Positions 54,478 to 64,000 of a DNA stretch of 64,000 bases are shown here, in pieces. The position numbers were made by a program, and so were the translations under genes. Source of the stretch: Harriotta raleighana (Eukaryota); the NCBI GenBank assembly GCA_050575255.1, contig JBNZDD010013732.1:12511776-12575775 (forward strand), read 5' to 3'. The notes below the pieces were generated by a model. That model did not search any database. It was not told the DNA's origin and was given only the letters and a program-made list of their open reading frames with translations. Numbering within the stretch: the first letter of the stretch is position 1; every line of letters begins with the position of its first letter.

Positions 54478-54810
54478 GGAGCTCCTGTGGCTCAGTGATA
54501 AGAGCACTCGCCTTACATGCCTTACAAGCATGAGACCTGTGTTTGAATCCAGGCAGAACAGGGCGAAATCTTGGGCAAGTTTCCTTACTCCACAAGCCTA
54601 ATAATAATCCCTCCAAAAAAAACCACAATAATAAAATTGGTCATTTCAATCCTCGACTGTTTGTGGGACACTGCTGTGCGCAATTGGCTGCCGCGTTCCG
54701 CCCACAAATATACAGTCAATTCACTTTACAGTATATTCTGTGAAGCGCTTTGGGACGTTGATAAGATGTGAAAAGCGCTATATCAAATGCAAGGATTATT
54801 ATTATTATTA
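54478..54810 (+). mobile_element. tRNA-headed SINE, well preserved
   Basis: A/B-box-like head, Deu-derived GTTTGTGGGACACTGCTGTGCGCAATTGGCTGCCGCG, L2-like tail, (ATT)n. Confidence 0.92.
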
Positions 54811-55722
54811 TATTATAAAGGAGATTTGCACCAATGGTTTATGAATGAGAACAGTGCACAATGATTTGGACTGTGCGCCAGAAATGGTCCTATAATGGTT
54901 CTTATAGTTCTCAATGTTGTTGAAGAGCTGGGGTCACTCCTGGATCTTCAGCAACTTTAAGAATTTAACAGGAACTCATTAGTGCCTAGAATGGCTGACT
55001 TGGGATCCATGAGCAGAATTCCTCTCAGTCTCAGACATGTATGGCTGTTACTGTTAATCTTTACGATTCCCTGCTCTTAATCGCTTTGATACTGGAAATG
55101 ATTTTTCTCAGCAGCATTTTCAGCAGAGTTCAACAGGTTCATAGACTGAATGAAGCCAGTTCCAGTCAGAAAGTGCCAGTAGGCTTTGTGCTAAGTGGCA
55201 GCTTCCCTGTTTACCAGGACAAAAATGATAGTTTAAATGCCATTAAACCACAAGTACCAAAGTGACGTACAATGCTTTCCACTTGAAGACAAGCCATGTA
55301 CATGTGGGGAAAAAGGCACACCGCATATAACTAGTTATAGATGTGCACATTTGGTAGCTTGATTGTACTTTAGTGAATTGCGGGGCAGCACAACAAGTAA
55401 AGATTACGGTCTTACAAACCAAAGACAAGTGTCCTGAAATGTGGCTCGAATGAGACAGATAGAAGAATGTAAAATATTAAGACCACATGTTGTACGACAG
55501 CTGTGAATCATCAGTATGTAGCCTATTCTGGAAAGATGTAACCCACTGAGATGAAATAAGATTTTTTTTGCTGTTGGAACTACAAACATGCCCCGCTGTG
55601 AATCTGAACACAGTGGCATGAGAGGTAATCCCTGTGTGAACACAAAGGCAAGGCTGAGAAAGAGGCATGAGAATGAGTGAAAATACAATTGTATCTGCAT
55701 CTTTAGATGATCAAATGAAATA

Positions 55723-56306
55723 CAGTAAAAGCCTGTTTATCCATGACTTGATGATCCGGAACATCCGTATAACCGGCACATCAAAAAAAAAAGTCTTCAT
55801 CCAATTAACCGGAAGCTATCTGACAGAATAGCAGTGGCGCATTTAATGAATCGATTGTCGCACGCGAGTACTGTGCAGGTATATCGGCTTGCCACTAGGA
55901 CAGCCTGAAAGTCGCACTGCCGTTTTTTTTCCTCCCTTGGCGGCCGTCATTGCAGAAATTAAGTATAAATTATAAAGTACTAGTGCTGTACAATATTCTG
56001 TTATTATAGTATTTGTTATTACTATATTTAGTCTATTATTTATATGGTACAGTGTACAATATTTACAATAAAGTACCAAGACAATATTCTGTTATTACAG
56101 TATCTGTTATTACTGTATTGCTGTATTTAGTCTAATTTATATGGTACAGTGTACAACATTTACAAAAGTACCCATATAATATTGTTATTATCTGTTATTA
56201 TTTAGTTTATTATTAATATATGTGTTAAAATACTTTTTGATTAAAAAAAAACGTTTAATCGGCACTGGCCAGATCCCGCGGGTGCCGGATAAACAGGCTT
56301 TTACTG
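55723..56306. mobile_element. pogo/Tigger-like MITE with an internal tandem repeat
   Basis: Perfect 20-bp TIR CAGTAAAAGCCTGTTTATCC, TA duplication, and a ~90-bp AT-rich unit repeated about 2.5 times. Confidence 0.92.
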
Positions 56307-56418
56307 TACAAGGGGCATTTGGACTTGTTGTTCTCACCCCATTTTTGGTCATCTTATCCGCGCTGCCCCACCCCCACCCCGCACTTCAGCTCCTACTCCT
56401 CCTCTAACTCCGGTGAAC

Positions 56419-56570
56419 CAACATTTTGGTTCCATGACCCTTCATCAGAACTATCTAAGGACCATGAACCTGAAACATTGACTCATTTTCCTTTCTCCAT
56501 AGATGCTGCCTGACCTGCTGAGTGTTCTGGTTTTATTTCAGATTTCCAGAATCTGCAGTATTTGGCTTGT
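56419..56570. mobile_element. Penelope-like fragment with a minus-strand hammerhead core
   Basis: The minus strand reads CTGATGAAGGGTCATGGAACCAAAATGTT. The right part matches the arm of 29141-29222. Confidence 0.7.
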
Positions 56571-56631
56571 TGTCTATATAAATGTAAATTGCATTGTACT
56601 TTCAATCCCACTAAACTGCCCATCCCCATAT

Positions 56632-56940
56632 GGAGTTCTGTAACTCAGTGGTTAAAGCACTTGCCTTTCAAGTGAGAGACCCAGGTTCGATTCCAGGCAG
56701 GGTGAAACTCTGGCCAAGTTTCCTTACTCCACACGCTGAATAAAAATCCCTCATAAAGAACCAATAATAATTAGGTGACTCAATCCACGACTGTTTGTGG
56801 GACACTGTTGTGTGCAATTGGCTGCTGTGTTTCATCCACAAATCAATTTACTTTACAGAGATTCTGTGAAGTGCTGTGAGGCGTCTAGAAGATGTGAAAA
56901 GCACTATATCAAATGCATATGCAAGGATTACTATTATTAT
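56632..56940 (+). mobile_element. tRNA-headed SINE
   Basis: Full family match. Confidence 0.9.
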
Positions 56941-59900
56941 ATCCCTTTAAGCCTATAACTTCCATAAACATTATAGTATCACTTTACATTTGAGTGTATT
57001 ACAGTCCCTGAACCTGAACAAAACAAAGGAAGGAAGGCATTGTATTGTATTGATGGTGGAGGGATCAGAAGTGAATCATAGAGTTACAGAGAATGATATA
57101 GGACAGGAACAGGCCATTTGGCCATTCACAAAAGGAATGATTTTAGATACCCAATTGTATTCTGTAAAGTTCCTTTGTAGTAGTTTTATTTCCTACTCAT
57201 CTAGAACTACCAGGCATAGCAAAAGTATCAAATTTTTTTAAACTAGTTTTCTTTTCTTTTACATTATGTATTACTTACCTAAACATGCATAATATGAATA
57301 TTTTAATTCCTTATTTAAAAGGAAAAGAAATGGAATGCATAAAGTTCATTATAATTCAATATTAACTAACAGTTGACAGCCTCATAAATTACACATAAAC
57401 TGTTCATTAATTAACAAACAATAATATTTAATATCAAGGTTCATTTCCATGCCGTTCCACAGGCTACTTTAGATAAGAACAAACCAATAGAATAATTTGG
57501 GCTTTTCACCACCAGAAGAATATAATGTTACTTAAATAACTACAAAGAGAGGACACTGAGTTGTCAGCTTTGTCTGGAAGCTACTATGTGTCTCTTTTGA
57601 CTTGAATACACAGTAGGATTTCTTCGTCTCAGTCAATTTAACTCAACAATTACCGAAAGGAAAACAGGGACCTTCTTTCTTAGATACTTTGTAACACTTG
57701 TGAAGAAATGATGGTAAGGGGGAAAAACATGGAGAGGGATTTTGAGGAATCAATAGTTCCCAGCCTAAGAATGCACGTGAACTAGGATATGTCAAGTTCC
57801 GTAGCTTCCTATTTCTCGTAGCCACAGTCCACAGGCTTCCCCGTGTCCGAAAGGATCAATTTCAAGAACCACATTCTCAAATCACTTCAAATATACAAAT
57901 CGTTTCATACCCTCGGACCTCCCTGCCTCTCTGACCTACTCAATCGCTCCTCTTTGCATCCTTTTTATGCATCTTTGAATCCTACTTTGAGACTGGGATC
58001 AATTCCCGGCACAGCAAAACGTTGGCCAAGTTTCCTTACTCCACACGCTTCTGTTTACCAGCATTAAGTAGGAACTTGGTTGTTCTTTGATTGGTGGATA
58101 GTTTTTCCAGTGGTAATAATTCCTTCAAAAAAATAATAATTTGATCACTCAATCCACAACCGTTTGTGGGACACTGCTGTGCACAATTATTCTTATTTAT
58201 TTCCTTTCTCCAACTGCATGAAGGAAGCTTTATAAATGCAGCTGTTCTCATTAAGGTATTGGAAGCACTATAACTGAGTAAACTAGTTGCTCAGCAAGGT
58301 ATTGATTGAAAGCAGCAGAACTGACTAGACTGGGAAAATCTCCAGTCCTCCCAATCAAGGTGGACATTGAGAGGTTGTTTCCACTTGTTGATGTATGTAA
58401 AATGAGGAGGCACAAATAAGATAGCTGGTAGCAAATGTAAAGTTGCAATTTTCCCCCCTCTGCTAAATTATCAATCATAGTTTCTCTCGCCGACTACCAA
58501 CAATTTCCCAAATAAAATTGGTCAATCACTTTGTGACTATTTGTGAAACATTACTGTCTGTAAATTGAGATGTCGGAGGCAAATTCACCTACAAAGTACA
58601 CAACACTACACTTTATAGTATATCCCATGAAACATTCCACACCTCTTGGCATGAAAGGAACTATATGAATGAAGTATTGTTATTAATATTACTATTCTTA
58701 AAAAATTGGATTCAAAATATTGGAAGGGTTGATTTTAAGGATTATGAATTTAACTGCAGGTGATTTCAAAGGGATATCAAGAAAAATAACTTTTGCTTTC
58801 TGATAATATGACAGAGTTATAACACAGTGGACTCCACTTCCTTATCCCAGTTATCTTCAAATAGATCAGTTTCCCAAATTAATATATTAAAACTCCTATA
58901 ATCATGGTTCATTGGTGAGAACCAAAAAACAGGCAATCATAGAGTTAAAAAGCTGGGATTTAAAAACTAATAAAGATGCATAATGAGTATTTATGTAATT
59001 TTAATGAGCAAACGAATGTCCTCACAGTCCAACGCATAAATACTTAATTATCTACTTCTAAATCAACCTCTTCACGGAGAACTGATCATGACATTTTTCA
59101 TACAAGTAGTATGAAAATGTACTTTTATTTCAAATAGTAATATGGGTTCTTAACCAAAGGATTTTTTGTTGCTGTGTGTACAAAATAACCAATACTAGTA
59201 TTGGCTACACATGTCATTTTCCTCCAATGTGCATCATTTGTCATTGCATACATTTAGCTGCCAATGAACACTTAATTGGAAAGAAAAATAATTTGCTTTA
59301 TGTAGGTTGAGATTCTCACTTAAAAGGCAATGCAAGCTTCCGTAAAGTGAACGGACAGAGGTTTCCAAACCAAAAGGAGCCTCTATTAACATTTTATTTA
59401 GGATTATAAGTGTGAAGAACTCTATAAGTGGCCAATGCTCAACCAGTCACTCATATCAGTGCCAGTGTCCAGGTAAATAAATGAATGCTACCATGCCTGG
59501 TATCATCCTACCCAACAAAGCTTTGGTTTGCAGGATTGAGGGCATGCCTTTACTTCCAAGTTTCACTAACAAGCCAGACAGGCTAAGCAGCCTTTAACAA
59601 CACTTGGATTACTGTAGACCAGTTGGCTTCACCTGACAAACCTCCTCAAAGCCAGTTAAACTCAATGAAGCTTGTTTACTCCCCTCTCTTTGTGACATGA
59701 CATCTGAGCATTAAGGCATGTTTAAAGCGTCCATTAAGAAGATATTAAAGTAAAATCGCACATGTCATGTCAAAAAAGAGCTGTTTAATATTAGGTCAGA
59801 GTTGATGTTTGTTAGTTTATAAATGGGAACATATCCCAAAGTATGTTCAGCAGTGCTGATCCCGAATTGTAAAGAGGAGCATTATACCTAAACGTATGTC

Positions 59901-60255
59901 TGCATCAGCATTGCTGCTGTCCACACCAACAATCACACAAATAAAATCACTCATTCACTTGATGGCTTTTTGTGAGACATTGCTGGGTGCAAATTGGTTG
60001 TCAAATTCACTTACAAAATTCAGTCACTACCATTTACAACATATCTTGTGAAGCACTTTGAGACGTCCTGCTGATGTGAAAGGCGCCACATCAAATGTAA
60101 CGATTATTAAATTATCATAGTCAGTTTATTTTTGCTGTGTTAATGTAAGACTGGATATTAACAGGCAGTGATAGGTTTTGAATCCCTGGAGCGGGGAAAA
60201 AATGTGCTGATTTCCTGTATGCTCCTCCAAGATGGATTCCATATACTGTACATTT

Positions 60256-60572
60256 ATAATAATAATAATCCTTGCACTTGATTTAGCGCTTTTCACATCT
60301 TATCAATGTCTCAAAGCGCTTCACAAAATATACTGTAAAGTGAATTGACTGTATATTGGTGAGCGAAACGTGGCAGCCAATTACGCACAGCAGTATCCCA
60401 CAAACAGTCGTGGATTGAAATTACCAATTTTATTATTGTGTTGTTTTTTTGGATGGATTATTATTAGGCATGTGGAGTAAGGAAACTTGCCCAATGTTGC
60501 CCTGATCTGCCTGGATTCAAACATAGGTCTCACACTAGGCGAGTGCTCTAACCACTGAGCTACAGGAGCTCC
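60256..60572 (-). mobile_element. tRNA-headed SINE
   Basis: Full family match. Confidence 0.9.
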
Positions 60573-63500
60573 ACAATCTATCATCATTGCAGAAAATGAG
60601 CCAATATTTACGACCCCATGTGAAATGAAAGATCTTTACAATGTACGCTTCATGCGTTTTAAAATAAGGGGACAGATTAACACCGTATTATACTGTTACG
60701 CACACAACAGCATAAAGAAATGGACCAGCAAGCCATCCAATCTAAGTAGGTGCTTTTCAGTCTTCTCTGCTGACCTGCAGGTTTCACAGAGAAAATAAAT
60801 GATCAACTGAAAGTGTCAATTTCACAGAAGCTCATCTCACCTGCACTTAAAATGCAGAAATCCAGCCATTTATAAAAATGCATATGGAATCAATATTCCT
60901 GCTGTGATAATCCCACACAGCCCCCTCCAGATATGCCTTCCTCTTATTAAAGAGATTAAGCGGAAATCAAATGATGCACACCAACGTGAACATATCAACA
61001 GGCTTCAGGGAAAAATATCTCTTTCTGTAGTGCAAATACTGGCCAACAGTCATAAAATAACCAGGAATATAAGGAGGTTTCTCAATAGAATCTCACTCCA
61101 CAAAAATAAGTATTTTGCTTATAGCCCGCTTTGAGTATTTGTTGTGCAAAGCTTTCCCGATTTGCAATATTGGTTATCAATGTGGATTTATTAATGTATT
61201 AATGGATATCACCCCCGCTTTCTGGTGACTCAAGATAAGGCAATCACGCTGTCACACAAGGAGTTTTACCCTTGTTCGGAGGCGATAAGCAACAAACGAT
61301 TGTATTAAAGTATAAATTGAATGCTAATGGAGGTGGGATCTTTTGTGATAAATCCCATTAGTGTGATACACTTGTGCATCTTGACTTATAAAAAGGAGCT
61401 ACACTGAATGCAAAGCTGATTATTATTATTANTATTATACTAACTTTGCTGTACTAAATGTAGCATGTTGCCATGTACATCACAACAAATACGGTTCTGT
61501 CTAAAGATATACCTCAGATCAAAGACTACACAACATCACTGGACACTTCACAGGATAGATAACAGATTGCATCTGAAGACCAACTGCACCAAACACATAA
61601 CACTCTGCCAGTCACAACTTAAAAATTACTTCAAGGGAAATTAATATCAGTCAACTCAAACCTTAGCAAGTAACATTATTTTCAAAAGAACCTTGTTAAA
61701 GATAAAGGACAATAAAGGAATATTAAACACATAACGACAAATACTATAGTCACTATACTTTAGAGTAAAATCATGTGAAGTGCATTGGGACGTCTCGATT
61801 CCATGATAAGATACAATACCAAACGCAAAGTTTATTATTAACCTTATTAACCCAGATTCAGATTGGCTGGAAATTTTTGCTCAGCAGACTCACTTATAAT
61901 AACAATAACCCCTACATTTGATAGAGCGCCTCATCGAGAAGTCTCAAAGTGCTTCACAGGACTGACTGTAAATAGTAGCGTAGGCATTTTGCAGACAGTC
62001 ACGGCGGCTAATTTAATTGCGATTAATAGACGAAGGTTGGAAGCGCTACTAAAAGTCAAAATGGAATTTGCGCTCAGATACGCAAATGAACATTTTACTG
62101 AATGATTCTCCAACCACAGAAATCGGGAACACAGCAAGTCGGGGCTGTAATAAGAACACATTCAGCGCACTTTCTAATGCTTCGACACGTCTCCCCCCAT
62201 ACTGAGTACCGACAGGCCTGCTTAAAAAACAACTTCCATAACGAGTGGTGCACACTACATTCTGACAGTTGTGATTGAATCTCTTTCAAACATTTGTCTT
62301 TGCTTACCATAATAGATGTCAGCTCTTCTGAGGCAGTTCAAGCATGAGCCTCATATAAAGAATCAGACCTGACTCTTGCATTCCTGGAGCTGTCAGTCAC
62401 CAAAGTTCTTTGTTGTTTGAAATCAAAGTTAGTCATATCAGCACCTGCAGCTTCACATACAATGGACAAAAAAAACAACTCTTAATTTATTTGTGTGAGA
62501 CTGAATCTTTTTTCATGTTGAGTTGTTACCACTAAGGGGACTTTACTGTCAAAAGTAAAATAGAGCTTATGTCATTTTTTTTCTTGAAGACATTTTTCCC
62601 CCCGTTCCTTACAAGGAAAACATGGCACAAACAAACACTTTGCTCAGCAGTAACAAGGATGTGCTGCCAAATTGATGTCTTATTAATAGGCGCATATGTC
62701 CCAAAAATCACATTAACTCGCTGACAGAATAAGGATTGTCCCTTTTCATAATCCTCCCAGGTATAGCGGGATAGACAAATTGTGAAAGGGAAAACATGAA
62801 TGAAGGAGTATTGCACTTTAAATTCTAACGTCCGTCACCAGGAAACAACTGCAATGTTGCTGAATCTTTGCAAACAGTATTACGCTGTTCTTTTGTGAAT
62901 GCATTCTCTTCTCCGAGTATTCTCATCCGTTTGCACTAGTTTCTGACAAGGTTTTTGATCAAGATGCAACGGATCGCAATGTCTTTCAAATCAATCATAG
63001 AAATGTATGAACTTGGATACTATTTGGGATGTTTGCAAATTGAATTTGTGTTATGCACAAATCACAACAGTTTTCATTAGTGAAAGTACCCTGGTGTGTA
63101 ATGATTATGGAAGTCAGCACTGAAGGGCTATTGTCAAATACTGTTTGTTTGCTGGTTGATTTTTTCTTTTAAATGATGTTTTCTTTCATGTAGATGATAT
63201 ATTCAACCAACCTGACCTCTAGGTGATGTCGCTGCAAGTGACAGTGATTGACGGCTGCAGCAATTTTTTGCGAACATCACCAATGTGCAATACAGTATAA
63301 AGATGCACATGGAGAATACATGGATTAAAAAAATCAAGTTATCCCTTTCACTTACGTCAGCTCTTACTGGAATTCTAGAAAGGACAAGCAAGCAAAACAG
63401 TATGGTTCTCACCAGTAGATCAGTCCCTTTGAGCACAAGGCTTATGAATGTAGAAACAATGCTAAACTCACTCATATAGGTAAAGGAGATATTAAACTAA

Positions 63501-64000
63501 TGCCCTAGCATGATAACCCACAAGATGAAATGGAGACAGGGATTCTTCTCACTTGGCTCCTGTTAAACCAAAGCTCTAATGGACAAGTAGCAGGAAGATT
63601 GTCAGCAGTACTTTCAATGGCAAGGTGTGTCGTTTTGGCTATTTAAACTCCAGAAGTACTTTGAAAGGGCGCCTTGTGCCTTGGCACTTTTGGACCTGCA
63701 TCTCATACTTTCTGGAATTAAGTAAGCAGGATTTGACCCTCTGGTGAGAGGATGGATCCAGACACAGTATTTCCATAGGCAGAGTAATTTATCGGTGGCA
63801 AACATAAGTGGAACACAGTCTGGCTTTGATGCTTTCGAGCATTGGGATTGGCTTCCTCAGCATAACCCAAGTGCACAACAAGTGGGACTCACTGAATTAA
63901 GATTCAACTTTATTCAGGACATGGGAGCTCGAATAAATCAATTGAAACTCTTTGCATTCTTGAATGTCCATCAAATTTATAGCCAAATAAACTCTTTGCG

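Noticed and set aside
56632-56700. tRNA gene
   Set aside because: SINE head with no acceptor stem. The anticodon-like loop varies between copies and is followed by the SINE body.
59189-59204. Perfect 16-bp palindrome
   Set aside because: About one is expected by chance in 64 kb.
63194-63479. Possible exon between AG and GT sites
   Set aside because: All three + frames contain stops, and I recognise no homology.

Overview
A repeat-rich vertebrate window, most likely from a cartilaginous fish (inferred from its L2, CR1, Deu-domain SINE and Penelope-type repeats). I found no intact protein-coding gene, and most ORFs in the track come from transposable elements or are chance ORFs. Repeats: many 5'-truncated L2 and CR1 LINE fragments, a young ~330-bp tRNA-headed SINE and an older SINE with a full Deu domain, eight TA-flanked pogo/Tigger-like MITEs (five inside SINEs), and two Penelope-type fold-back elements with a minimal hammerhead ribozyme core. 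The main hidden signal is a heavily decayed, frameshifted coding fossil on the + strand from about 26.2 to 41.6 kb. Its motifs fall in the domain order of SVEP1/polydom (vWA, Cys-rich ephrin-receptor-like, 3 sushi, HYR, EGF, long sushi array, C-terminal EGFs), and the domains look directly joined, as in an ancient retrocopy later filled with transposons. I recognised this by manual translation against recalled sequence, so it needs an alignment to confirm. The window also has several local duplications, one N-gap and three overlap artefacts at single Ns.
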